From the NCBI GenBank assembly GCA_038087875.1, contig CM075996.1:2048001-2112000 (forward strand): DNA of 64,000 nucleotides, read 5' to 3'. A program made the position numbers and the translations under genes. The stretch's first letter is position 1; each line of letters begins with the position of its first letter. The stretch comes from Malacoraja senta (taxonomy: Eukaryota). Shown one piece after another: positions 45,896 through 59,800 of the stretch. The notes under the pieces were generated by a model. That model did no database searches, had not been told where the DNA came from, and saw only the letters and a list, made by a program, of their open reading frames with translations.

Positions 45896-47773
45896 CGGTC
45901 AACGACGCATACAATCAGTAAAATGAATCAGGAGGACACTGGAAATTTCAGAGTCAGTGAGTCAGCGGCCCTTCCCCTGGGGATGGTGACCATCCTCATC
46001 AGTGCGCACTCTACAACTGTCCCTAAGCAACCCTGCCTGTACTCGCATCTCCAAGCTCCAACCCCAACCTCCCAGTATGAGTGTATCTGGAGTCACTCAT
46101 TCTCCTTTCTATCACCTCCCACAACTCCAGCCTGCTGTCCATTGACGATACCTTGCCAGGTAGTTACCTGCCATTACCTGTTATTTGCTAAGGGGTTTAA
46201 TCCCCACTCCACCCCGACCCAAGGATCCAGCTGTTCACCCACTCGTGAGGCTCTTCAGATCCACCATAGTCGTCTCTCTCTGTGTGGTCTGTTTGCATAC
46301 AGCTCCATCCTGTGAAGTTGCCTCCACCCTTTCCCCATTCCCCCCCTTCCTTCGCCTCTCTCTCCATTCCCCCATCCCCATTTTCTCCTCTCTCTCTCTC
46401 TCTCTCTCCACTCTCTCCCCTTGTTCCCCCTCCAGCTCATTCCTCAACTCTCTTAAAGACATCGAGACCCTTTCTCCTCGTGCCTCATTCTCAGCTTCTG
46501 CTACACGCCATTCTCCTCCTCTCTTCTTGCGTGTGGCGTGCACAGCCTAAAGTTGTAGGACAACTTGTTCTTATTTGATTGAGCACGCCAGGTTGATTGC
46601 ATTCGTTGAAACAGGGCGGACCACGTGACGGTTGCAATCTCCCACCCCACCTCCTTCTCTCCATTGCCCTTCTTGGTCTGTGTTACCCCTTTTGGTGAGA
46701 TGTCCTTGCCCATTTAGCCCCAAATTTCCCAATAATACACAGGCAGAGTGGATGTGCACACAAATTGTGTAAATAAAATCGATTTTCACTCCAGCAATGT
46801 ACCTGCAAGATTGACAAGAGACATTTATTGTCACATGCTCCAATTGGTACAGTGAAATTTGGGGTCACCATACAGCCGTACGAATAAAAAGAGAAGAACA
46901 GAACACGATAGACTTTAACATAAACATCCCCCACTCAGCGGTATCAAAGTTTCCCACTGTGAGGGAAGGCCCAAAGTTCAGTCATCCTCCTCAAGGGAAA
47001 TTGCTCAATCATCCCTACTCACCATGGGAATAATCATCTCCGTGACCTTGTTGTTTTACTGATAATCCCCTGATCAATAGTGACAGATCACTCAGCAAAT
47101 AGAATTCTACTTGGGTTATTATTGTCACTTGCACCGAGATACCGTGAAAAACTTTGGGGTGCTATCCGGCAAAAAACATCAAACAGGTTTGCAGTCAAAA
47201 ATGCAAGAGAAAGTGCAAAGTAAAAGGAACCAGTGTGCTGCAATAATGTCTAGTGAATCACTTTCACTTGGTACAGTAAACTTCATAAAGGAAGGAAGTT
47301 AGCTGTTCACTTTATTGTTTTTACCCCCTCTGTTAAAATAAAAGTGATCCTATGTTTTGCAATGACAGTTCCTGATTTTAGAATATGCATGTTGTATTTC
47401 CAAGTATTATACTTGCTTCGTCTGTCCATTTTTAAAAATTAAGATGCATAATTTTCCAGTGGGTCAGTCCCTGCATGGCGTATGATCGCATGTGACATGG
47501 CATACGGTAGGTCGTTAACAGAAGGCCCTTGTCTGGAGTTGGCAGACTTCCCAGTGAGACGCGAGGGACTGGAAAGCTACCAAGTTCCCACTCCCAACAC
47601 TATTCACTCCACTTTGCTGAAGTTTCTGTGCACATTCCTGTTCACCTGCTGTAATTACCACTTGGGTGAGGTGTGGCAAACGTCCTGGGTGAAGCAGAAC
47701 AAGGTGCGGTATCTAGGTCTAATACTGGAGACAAAGGAAATATCTTTTTGTTAACTCCTGTTTCTTTCCCCAG

Positions 47774-47876
47774 GCCTGGCTGGATTATCACAAGCGGTGC
47801 TTTGGTCACTACATTGGAGGCAAATGGGTGAAGCCAGCCAACAGGCAGTTCTACGAGTCCAAAAACCCAGCCACTG
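47774..47876 (+). CDS. ALDH16A1: ALDH16 exon 2 ([35 protein letters not shown])
   Basis: ccag acceptor, G|gtaagt donor, intact, 103 bp. Confidence 0.93.
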
Positions 47877-50800
47877 GTAAGTCGCACATCTTCTCAAAAC
47901 GGAGGCTTGTGCGCCTGTATCTTCATCTTGTCCTGTTACTGAAGATTAGTCTGTGAAGATTGTCTGTGGAATTCTCTGCCTCAGAGGGCGGTGGAGGCAG
48001 GTTCTCTGGATGCTTTCAAGAGAGAGCTAGATAGGGCTCTTAAAAATTGCGGAGTCAGGGGATATGGGGAGAAGGCAGGAACGGGGTACTGATTGGGATG
48101 ATCAGCCATGATCACATTGAATGGCGGTGCTGGCTCGAAGGGCCAAATGGCCTACTCCTGCACCTATAGTCAATTGTCTATTATAAAAAGATTCAGAATC
48201 ATAGAGCATAGTAGAGTACAGCACAGAAACAGGCCCTTCGGCCCACAATTTCCACTCTGAAGGTGTGTCCATCCAGCAGGTAACAAAGGGCAGATTAAGG
48301 TTTCAGTTATTGGGGGGATGAGACTTTCAAAGAGACATCAAATCGGGGGGCACTGTGATATATGCCTCACATAGCCAGTGATGGAGGTTAAAGAGTTGCC
48401 AGCAGTGATGGAAGAGAACTTTGTTCTGCTCCTGGGTGTTCCTATGAGCGGGTGACCAATACAGGCAAGCCCCAGGCTGCTGCGGGCCTCCTGCCGTCAT
48501 CTTCCATGGCCCTCGTATGTTTCATGTGATAGGAGCAGAAATAGGCCATTCGGCCCATCAAGCCTTCTCCGCCATTCATGGCTGATCTATCTCTCCTCCT
48601 AACCCCATTCTCCTGCCTTCTTTCCATAATCCCTGACGCCCAAACTAATTAAGAATCTATCTATCTCCGTCTTAAAGGATATCCATTGACTTGACCTCCA
48701 CGGCCTTCTGCAGCAATCTTCTTCTTCTTCTTTCATGTGGCGTGCACAGCCTAAAGTTGTTGGACAACTTGTTCTATTTGATCTTCCGTTTTGTGCACGT
48801 CGAGTTGATTGCATTAGTCGAAACAGGGCGGACCACGTGAAGGTTGCAATCTTCCACCTCTCTGCAGCAATGAACTCCACAGATTCACCACCCTCTGACA
48901 AAAGAAATTCCTCATCTCCTTCCTAAAGGGATGTTTGTTAATTTTGAGGCTGTGACCACTGGTCTGTGGATCGACCTGCGAACTGATGTCCCTCTCTGCG
49001 CCGTCCTTCTTTGTTCCAGCCACAGGTGACCATGGGGGGGGTGGTAGGGCCAGACCCCGGGTCCCTGCTCCTCTCCTACCAGGCTTGCTCCACGTCTCTC
49101 ATGGTTGTTGTTGTCGTCACTAGCTCCATCCTCCTGCCTCTGGTCTCCAGACTCAGCGGACTCCCCCCTGCAGGCCACGGTCCCCCCGGGTGGTCCGAGT
49201 AGGGTCCGGCTCGGCGGCTTACTGAAAGCTGTTTGCTGGCCTGCGGTACTAGCCCTGTCCCACTGTACAAGTTCATTCAAGAGCTCTCCCGAGTAAATTA
49301 AAAAAACTCGTGGAAGCACGTAGCGGGTACGTCGGAGCTCGGACGTCTCTTAGCGGCTCATAACGCTAACGGCAGGTACTCGGGAAACGCGGTAAGCTCG
49401 GGAAGACTCGTGAAGATTTTTCAACATGTTGAAAAATGTCCACGAGATCCCCAAGTACCCACGAGCGGCCATTACCGTAAATCTCCGAGTTCGAATCAGG
49501 GCAAACTCGGGAGAACTCTTGAATGAACTCGTACAGTGGGACAGGGCTTTAAGGGTTACTGAGGCTGGGGCAGGAAGAATGGCTTGGGATTGGGATGTCC
49601 TGTGTGTGTTGGAACGGTCTTGAGTGGGTCAACCCCCTGTGGGAGCGTTCCTCACTGCCTGGTGTATTTTATTTCCTTCAGGGGAGACTCTGGCCTCCAC
49701 CACGGAGGGCGAGGACGCAGATATAGATCTGGCAGTAAATGCAGCAAGGAAGCGTTGATGTGTGAGCAAGCTTCCTTGCCATGTGAGAGCGAGGCACTGT
49801 ACAGGTATTGTTCTTCAGCCTTGTTTCTCTAGATGTCCCTGTCTGCAATGGGTTTGAGGAATTCTATGTTTCACTCGACCATTTTACTAAGCCCCAAATG
49901 TACAAAGGAGCTGTCTATTCTCGCTCAAAACTCAGTAGATTTCATCATCTGAAGCCCTCGTCCCATCACATCCTCTCACCAGCTATCTCCCCTTCTGCTC
50001 CATCGAGTCTCAAGACGGGTCCTGAACCTGAAAGATCGTCTATTCCCTCCACAGATTTACTGGGTTTCTCCACTATTTAGTTTTTTTGCTCAATGTTCTG
50101 ACATCTCGAGGTGGCCCAGCGGGTAGAGTTGCTGCCTCACAGCACCAGGGACCAGGGTTCGATCCTGACTACGGGTTGCTGACTGTAAGGAGTCTGTACG
50201 TTCTCCCCGTGACCCGTGTGGGTTTTCTCCGGTTTCCTCCCACACTCCAAAGACGGAAGGTTCGTAGGTTAATTGGCTTGGTGTGTGTGTAAATTGTCCC
50301 TCTTGTTTGTAGATTAGTGTTAATGTGCAAGGATCGCATGTCAGCATATAACCGGTGCGCTGTATCTTTAAACTAAACTAAATTAACCTGCAGTCTTTTG
50401 TGAATACTCTAGCTGGTTTGTCAAGGAACCAGTGGTGCCAACGGACAAGCAGAGATGCTTTACTTAGCTTCTATTTGACAAGTTGTCGGTGGAGTATCCA
50501 AATTGGGTTGAGACAAGGAACTGCAGATGCTGGTTTACAATAAAAGACAAAGTGCTGGAGTGACTCAGCGGGTCAGGTGCAGGAGAACATGAATAAGTGA
50601 CGTTTTGGGATTGGGATCCTTCATCAACCAGAAAATTGGTTGTTGGAAGACAGTTAATTGTGCAAAATCACTGGCTGAACTTGATCCTTTGTATGAACTG
50701 TCCACGGTAAACTTGTAAAGTATAGCCAGCACATTTGATCAATACTCTCATCTGTCAGTGTGCAGTCAGACCCACAATTCCAGCACAGCCACAATATCCA

Positions 50801-53800
50801 ATCCTAAGCATCTTCCCCAACAGTACACATCCTGCTTGAGTTGAATGAAATTGAGGACGCAAGCTGAAAATATCATGCATGTGACTATTAGCAAATAATC
50901 CCTGAGTAATAATTTGTACTTTCCATTCATTGCGAAGATTCATGCATACTCCATGATAATGCTGCCTTTATATTTCAGCTCGGACTAATCTAACTCTGCA
51001 GATTATTATGAAACCAGTTCAGTTTACCACATTGAATTAAGTTTAGCAAGCTTGGTATCCTGGCTATCAGGTGTGACGAGACTTTATTGTACAGGATTGC
51101 TTGGAATGTGTTTGACGAAGATCTAATGTAAAGGGTTACAAGGGCCACATGTATGGTTATTCTGCAGCTGTGCCTTTAGCTAACCCCCCCCCCCTCCTTC
51201 AAATCCTGGGATTCCTTTCGTAAACCTCCCAACAGGGTGGCACGGTGGCGCAGCTGCCTCACAGCGCCAGAGACAGGTTCGGTCCTGACTATAGGTGCTG
51301 TCTATATGGAGTTTGTACGTTCTCCACGTGACCTGTGTGGATTTTCCCCGAGATCTTTGGTTTCTTCCCACACTCCAAACACCTGCAGGTTTGTAGGTTA
51401 ATTGGCTTGGTATAAATGTAAATTGTCCTAGTGTGTTAGGATATTGTTAGTGTGAGGGGATTGCTGGTCGGTGCAGACTCGGTGGGCCGAAGGGCCTGTT
51501 TCCGCGCTGTAAAAACTAAAAACTAAAACTTCTCTGAGCATTTCTATAAACCCACCCATTTGATCAAGCTGTTGATCTACCCAAATACATCTGTGATTTG
51601 ATTATCAGTTTGTTTTAGAGTCATAGAGTGATATAGTGTGGAAACAGGCCCTTCAGCCCAACCTGCCCACACTGGCCAACATGTGCTAGCTACACTAGTC
51701 CCAACTGTTTGTTTTGTAAGCACCTTGGGATAATTTGCTTGTACATAAAAGTGCTGTATGAATGCAAATTGTTGTTTTCGTTTGGCAGCATTGCGAGAAA
51801 TATTCAGAAGCATCAGAGGCTGTTGAGCGTGTTGGAGAGCTTGGACAATGGGAAGCCGATTCGCGAGTCTCGGGACTGCGATATCCCGCTGGTGGTGCGG
51901 CACTTCGTACCACCATGCCGGCTGGGCCCAGCTGATGAACGTCGAGATGAGGCCGTGGAAGCCAATAGGTCAGTGCGAGTGAAACAACAGACACAGGCCA
52001 CTCTTGTGGGCCACACAAAGATGGACACACGGTGCTAGAGTAACTCGGTGGGTCAGGCAGCATCTGTGGAGAACATGGGTAGGTGACGTTTCACAGAGTG
52101 CTGGAGTAACTCAGCGGGTCAGGGGGGGGGGGGGGGGGGGGGGGGGGGCAGCATCTCTGAAGAACATGGATAGGTGACGCTTCGGGTCGGGACCCAACTT
52201 CAGACCTGACCTGGAACGTCACCTATCCATGTTCTTCGGAATGCTGCCTGACCCACTGAGTCACTTTTTTTGGTAAACCAGCATCTGCAGTTCCTTGTTT
52301 CTACACAAATGTGGGTCACGTGCACATCTCTTGATGAGAAGATTGTATGTTTTTATTTTGTGCTATGTCCTCATTGATGTCGAGCCCTGCATTAAGTGTC
52401 CGTCTCTACCGGTTATGGTGATCAGTTTGAAGTCCCCTAGTCCTTCCGGTTGAGGTATTCCCAGAATGGATTTGAAAAGCCAGTTTCAGGATTTAGATTC
52501 AGTGACAAAATGAGAACCAGCCACGTATTTTGAAGGTGAAGATGGTGCGGAGGGAGGTCATGCACCTTCTGTCCTTGTCCTCCTGGGCGATAGAGGTACA
52601 GACTTGGGAGCTTTATTCAGTTTAGAGAGACAGACATGGGAAACAGGCCCTTCGGCCCACTGTGTCCGTGCGAACATCGATCCCCCGTTTACACCGGTCC
52701 CATGTTAACCCACTTTCTCATCCACTCCCTATACACCCGGGGTAATGAACAGGGGCCAATTAACCTACAAACCCACATTTCCTTGCTATGTTGTGGGGGG
52801 ACTGGAGAACCCGGAGGAAGCCCACTCGTTCACTTGGAGGTCGTGCAAACTCCACAGAGACCGATGAACCCGGGTCTCTGGCGCTGTGAGGCAGTGGTTC
52901 GACAAGCTGCGCCGTGTTTAGGGTAGACTTGAGGCGTAACTACAGTGCATCTTGTAGTTGGTATTCCCTGGAGCCACGATGGTTGAGGGAGAGGGTGCTG
53001 GTGGGGTTCTGTGCCTACATGTGAGCTGCTTTCAATCCCAAACCAGGAACCTTACTATCAAATTCATGTCTAATGTTTCCAAACGGTGCATTTGGACCAA
53101 AGATGCACGTATTCGCTAAATCTGGTAATAATTTTTCACTATCCATTCGAGCTGCCAGAGAATGGCTGACGTGGGCATTAAAAATGTATGCACACATGGA
53201 ATGCATACACTCCTGTGTATCCTTTGTGAGTTTTCTCTAATTAACAAGGATCCTGTTGTCAAGAGTTTTTTTTTCCACAGAAGGCAGGAAGCTAAATTCC
53301 CCCCTCCTCGACTCGAAAGACAAGATCCAGTTTCAAAAAGCTTCTAGCTTTTCCCTGTGTCCTGGGCAATGTTGATGTCTCTCATCATCATTACAGATGA
53401 TGTCAGTGTTCACACCTTGCTGTTTGTGGGGAGGTTGTGTGTGTAAATTGTCTGCATTGCATGTTTTGCGACAGTTTTGACCCGTAGCCACTGTTGCATT
53501 GCTAGCACTGGCTGTGTTAGTATTTGCATGTAAAATTGTTGCACGAAAGCAGTTTTTCCCCTCTTAAATCCAGTCCAGTCATAATTCAGAGAGAACAAGA
53601 TTTTTTAAATTAGTAAAACACTAAGTACTGGAGGAACTGTGCAGGTCAGGCAGGCATCTGTGGAGGGAAATGGGCAGACAATATTTCTGGTTGGGACCCT
53701 TCTCCAGACTGATGGAGAGAGAAGGAGAACTTCTTCAAAGTAGTTATATTGTGAGGAGATTTCACAGTAAAATCAGTCTGTAGGAGGGTCCTGACCCGAA

Positions 53801-56800
53801 ACGTTGACTGTCCATTCCCTCCACAGATGCTGCTTGACCTGCTGAGTTCCTTCAGCACTTTGTGTTTTGCTCGAGACCCCAGCATCTGCACTTACTTCTG
53901 TTATCAGTAGTTTCTTTGCTTATTATTGAATTTCAACACCAGATGGAGCCAGTTGCCAGGGGTGAAGGAAGAGCGAATGACTTGGAAGCATTCCCTAGAA
54001 TCTGGCTGCCAAGCCCCATGAATGAGCCTCAGTGAGACTGAATACTGGCACAAACCTATTCTGAAATCTTGCCCGTAGCTTACGCCCAGCCCATGCGCTC
54101 TGTTCAGTATCATTTCCGTTTCTGGATTTGGGCATTACTGCCAGGAGCCACAGTTATTGCCGATACCAAGTGAACCTTGAGCAGAATGCATTTTTAAGAG
54201 TCTCTGTGTAAAAAAAACCTTGCCCTGCACATCTCTATTAAGCTTTACCCCTCTCACTTTTAATATATGCCATCTAGTCTTTGACATTTCCATCCTGAGA
54301 AAAAGCTTCTGACTATCTACCCTATCCATATTTGAAAGGATACAAAGATTTTCATCGTCCCCTGCGATATTCTCTTGTGCCTCCACATTTACTGCCAGAT
54401 TCTGTGAGTTCCTCCGACACCTCTCTTTTTTTTTTAAACCCCAGATTGCAGCATCTCCAGTCTCTCGTGCCTACAGTTTGCACTCATTTCCCTCAGTGGC
54501 CGCACCAATCTCCCACGTGGCATCCCAGTCTGATGCCATAGGGTTTAGTGCCAGATTTAGCCCAGTATTTGCGTCTTTGTGTTTTGCATTTAACAAACTA
54601 AGCAACATTTTTACTTGAGCTTGAGCCAGCAGAAACATCAGACTCTTGGCTTACCAGGGTTCTCATCCATTGTGCCAATATGTCTCCACATTATGCTTTG
54701 TTAAATCTCAGCAAGGCTGAAAGATCATTCAAAGCACCCGATGATATGAGCTATACTTAAAATGTTGTGTTTCTTGTGCCTTTGTCACTGATGAGTCCTG
54801 ATTGTTTTGTTAAACGCCGTAGCATATGAATTAACGTCTCTCCTCAGGGGTTGCTTGCTGCAATTGTTCCTTGGAATTTCCCATTGATGTTGCTGGCCTG
54901 GAAGATTTGTCCTGCTCTTGCAATGGTAAGGCGTTGGCATCCTGTCTACGTAAAGTTTCTGCTCGTCACAGATTCCAGTGAGCAACATAGGGTGGCTGTA
55001 CCAAGCAATTGGTATTGGTTTATTACGTATCGTTACCTACTGTGAAACAGTGACAAGCTTTTGTTTGCATGCTATCTAATTAAATCAGATGATTTGCAAT
55101 CAAGCTAAACTCAAGTAGTTTAGTTTAGAGATACAGTGCGGAAACAGGCCCTAGTTCAGCCCATTGAGTCCGCTCCAACCAGCGATCCCTGTACATTAGC
55201 ACGCTGCTACACACTAGGGACTGTTTACAGTCTTTACCGAAGCCAATTAACCTACAAACCTGTACGACTTTGGAGTGTGGGGGGGAAACCGGTGCACCCG
55301 GTGAAAACCCACATGGTCACGGGGTGAGAACGTGCAAACTCCGTACAGACAGCACCGGTAATCAGGATTGAAAGCGGGTCTCTCGCGCTTGTGAGGCGGC
55401 AACAGTGCCTCCCTAAGTACAACAGGATAGCAAAGTCAAAATACCAGAGTACAGCATGTAGTTATTCCAGCATTGTAGTGTTACAGCTCCAGAGAAAAAG
55501 TCCAATGTCTGCAATGAGTGTGGTTGTAAAATCAGGACTGTGCCCCTAGCCTGTAGGAGCAGTGTGTAGGAGCGGTGCTTCTTGGCGTAACTTTAGCAAG
55601 AGTAGGGGAAAGTTTAAAGGGCATTTAAATGGGATGTTTTTTTGCACAGAGTAAATAGTTGCGTGGAGTACTGCTCAGGGAGAGAAGCGGAATCTCAGAT
55701 AGTGCATCTCACTCGTCACAGATAACGGAATCTCAGATAGTGCATCTCACTAGATTTGGAAAGATTACAATGCAAGGGTGTTAAACATTAGCTAAAAGAG
55801 GCAAGGAGCAACTTGGGGAAACAATTTTCAGGCAGAAGTCAATCGTACTCTGAAACAAAAGACAAACGTTTGGAGGAACTCAGCGGTTCATAAGTACAAA
55901 AGTGATAAGAGCAGAATTAGGCCATTCGGCCCATCAAGTCTACTGCGCCATTCAATCAAGGCTGATCTATCTCTCCCTCCTAACCTCATTCTCCTAATGT
56001 AGTTCCATTTTTAATGTAATCTGCATACTTGCCCCATGCCCCTTTCTGTGAAATGATTCCCCATCAGGTCTCATTAAATCTTTTTCCCCTCACCTCCTCA
56101 CCTTAAATGTCCTCTGGTTCTTGATTCCCCTACTCTGGGCAAGAGACTGTGTGTCTATTTGATCTATTCCTCTCATGATTTTGCACACCTCTATAAGATC
56201 AACCTCCGTACTGCACTCCGAGTCCGGGCCTGCTCAACATCTCCTATTGCTCAGGCCCTCGGGTTCTGGCAACATTCCTGGTAAAACGGTACCTCCGACT
56301 GCTGACCTGTGGTCTGATCTGCAGGCAACACCGTGGGTGTTGAAGCCGGCCACCTACACCGCGGCTCACCGCCTGCTGCTTGCCGAGATCTGCACCGAGG
56401 CCGGCCTGCCGCCCGGGGTCTTCAACGTGTGTGACCGGAAGGGTGCGTTTGGCAGCAAGCTGGCAATGCACGAAGATGTGGACAAGATCGCTTTCACAGG
56501 CTCACTGAGGTACTGCACTAGATGAGCTCCTCATGTACATTTGTTTCCAATTCTCCCTCACTGAGGTAGGTTGGGAGATCGGGGACTCCCCTAACGTATG
56601 GGAGTAGCTGGTACACGTGAGCTGACGGGGTGGCATTGGTACAGACTGACCGATGATGATAACACAAGACTTGCGCTGTGCCACACAGGTCGGGCGGCTC
56701 CTCCGGCGTGCACGCTGGCACGGGAAAGAGGCTCTCGCTGGAACTCGGTGGGAAGTCTCCCTTCATTGTGTTTGACACCGCAGATTTGGACAGCGTGGTG

Positions 56801-59800
56801 GAGGGCCTGGCAGATGCCATTTGTTCAACCAAGGCCAGGTGAGTGGTGGTGGTGGTGGCGACGAGAGTTCAGACGGTAGAGTTAATAGACTCTGGTTGCA
56901 AGGGCATTGTGAGCCCAAGATGACCGGCCGAGAGGAGCCAGTTTGTACATTCGCTGCTTTCAAAGTCAAACTCCAAGTCAAATTTATTCGTCACATGTAC
57001 CAACGAAGGTGCAGTGAAATGAATTTGCCAGCAGCGATACACTTTAAAAAAAATACACAATAGAATTTAACGCAACCATCCACCACTGCATTCTTCACTG
57101 TGGCGGGAAGGCAACAAAGTTCAGTCAGTCCTCCTTTGTTCATCCATGGTCGGGGCCATAAACCCTCCGTAGTCGCCGCTACCGCCTCTCGAGTTATTCA
57201 TTTGGCAATCATGAACATTCCATGAGATAATGACAAAGAATGTGGTGATAATGTTTATAGAATTATTATCAAGATGGCTGTCTAATAAAAATAATTGAGA
57301 GAGCCACTGTAGAAACAGGCCCTTCGATCCACCATGTTCTTTCTGCTACCTAGAAGGTTGTATAGTGGCAAGAGGCAGAGCCCGATAGCATTGCCTAGGG
57401 TCCCGGACATCGGGTCAGGTCAGTCTTGACTTAATCATAGATTCATAGAGTGATACAGCGTGGAAACAGGCCCACACCAGCCAACATGTCCCAGATGCAC
57501 TAGTCCCAACTGCCCGCTCTATCACTCGATAAGATCACCCCTCATCCTCCTGCACTTCAAGGAATAGAGACCCAGTCTGTTCAACCTCTCCCTACAGCTC
57601 AGACCCTCCAGTCCTGGCAACATCGGCGTAAATCTTCTCTGGCGCAACCCCATGCAATGGTGATGTTGGTGCTTGAGCAGTGTGACTAAAGGGCGATGGT
57701 TTTGCCACCAGAGGCAGAGGGGAGTCGAGTGCCCAGTAGTAGAGGGGAGGAGAGGCCACAAATCATCAATGGAAGGTGAAATATTTCTTAAAAACACCAG
57801 GTTGTTTCCTTATTACCATGTGCAATTAGCAGTTAAAAAAAGCGATGCAAAACCAAACTGCAGCATATGTTGGCAAGCAAGAGAGGCTGCAAATGCTCAA
57901 AAGATTTGGCAGCATCCCTGACATACATTTGAGTTGATTCCATGTGTTAACGATAATTAATTGACATCCATAGCCTGCATGTAAAGCGCTCCTGCTGAGA
58001 GTAGCTAAATCGGCACAAACAAGGAGGCAAATAACATCTGTGTGGCTTTGCCCCAGGTGATCGAATTAGATTCTCAGTAATATTGGTTCTTCAGTGAAGG
58101 GAAATGGAGTTATAATTACTTGCTGCTGTTCTAGCCCACTGACAGGAGCCGACAGCTTCACAAGGATGGCTAGTATTCTAAATAGACCCAGACATTGGGT
58201 CCAGCACATCACAAGCAAGTCCAACTTCCCCCTAGGCTTCAGAAGGGTTGGGTGCAGGGTTGGAGTCAATTCAAAGGAGGTTTGTTTTACTCAACTCGAA
58301 AGTGTACGCTGTCACCAAATTCTGAAGGAAATAAGACCATTGGGTGTCAGGGGATACGGGGAGATGGCAGGAGAATGAAGTTAGGAGGGGAGAGATAGAT
58401 CAGCCATGATTGAATGGCGCCGTAGACTTGATGGGTCAAATGGCCTAATTCTGCTCCTATCACTTACGACCTTATGATCCCATGAGTAGCTGACGATTTG
58501 TCACATGTGATGAAGGACCAAAGGCTTGCCAGACCTTTGCTGACGGTGCTGCCTCTGTTGCAGGTGTGCAGCGCCGGCTCCAGGCTCCTGATGCAGGAAT
58601 CGATTGCTGAGCAACTCACAACTCGCCTGAAGCAGCGCATGCAGTGCCTGCGGGTGGGTGACAGCCTGGATAAGAGTGTTGACATGGGCGCGCTGGTGGA
58701 TGAGTCCCAGGTGAAGACAATCACAGAGTTTGTCGAGGAGGCGAAGAGCGACGGAGCCGAGGTGAGAGCTGAATAAGCGTACAGAGCTTCACTTGAGCAA
58801 AAGACACAGCGCAGGAGGAACTCTGGCAATATCTGCGGAGGGAAATAGACAAACAACCTTTCGGTTTGGGACCTTTCTTCAGACTGATGAAATTCCTTGT
58901 GTTTTCTTGTCCTTCAAAGTTGTGTCACTGTCAATATTTATTAATCCCTTAGAAACCAATCACTGGAAAATAAGCCCGGTCTAGCTGCATTATTTTGTAG
59001 TTTAAATTGGCAAAATAGTCATCCTATTATGCTGTATTATAAACGTAGAGAGATTGTGGAAATGCCAAAGTCTCGAGGATATCACTTTAAGGTCAGGAAT
59101 GGGGATGTGAGTGCAGGGAAAGTGGGTGGCGAGGGAGGCAGATAAGATAGTGGTGCCGAGTTACTCCAGCACTTTGTCTCTTTTAGATGAGCACATGGAC
59201 GTGGAGAGATATGTAGCTCATGTAGGCAGAGGTGATTAATCTAACTTGTCATCATGCTCGACACAGACATTTTGCCCAAGAGGCTTGTTACTGTGCTTGT
59301 TCTATTACTATACCTCGCTGACAGTAAAGCACTTTTCAGACATACTATGATTTTCTAAGTCACTTTATAAATACCCATTTTCTTTGCTTTGGGATAGTCC
59401 CAGCCTCAACTACCTCCTCTGGCAGCTCGTTCCATACACCCACCATCCTTTGTGTGAAAAAGTTACCCCTCAGATTCCTATTAAATCTTTTCCCCCTTCA
59501 CCTTGAACCTGTGTCCTCTGGTCTTTGATTCCCCTACTCTGGGCAAGAGACTCTGTGCATCTACCCGATCTATTCCTCTCATGGTTTTGTATACCGCTAT
59601 AAGATCACCCCTCATCCTCCTGCGCACCAAGTAATAGAGTCCCAGCCTACTCAAGCTCTCCCTATAACTCACACCCTGTAGTCCTGGCAACATCCTCGTA
59701 AATCTTCTCTGAACCCTTTCAAGTTTGGCAATATCTTTCCTATAAAATGGCGTATACATTTGGATTTTTACAGAGCATCGACAGTGAATTTGCTCATTCT

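Noticed and set aside
49682..56838. Calling ALDH16 a pseudogene
   Set aside because: Lesions are clustered single-base indels mostly in runs; motifs, splice sites and flanking exons are intact; kept as an open finding
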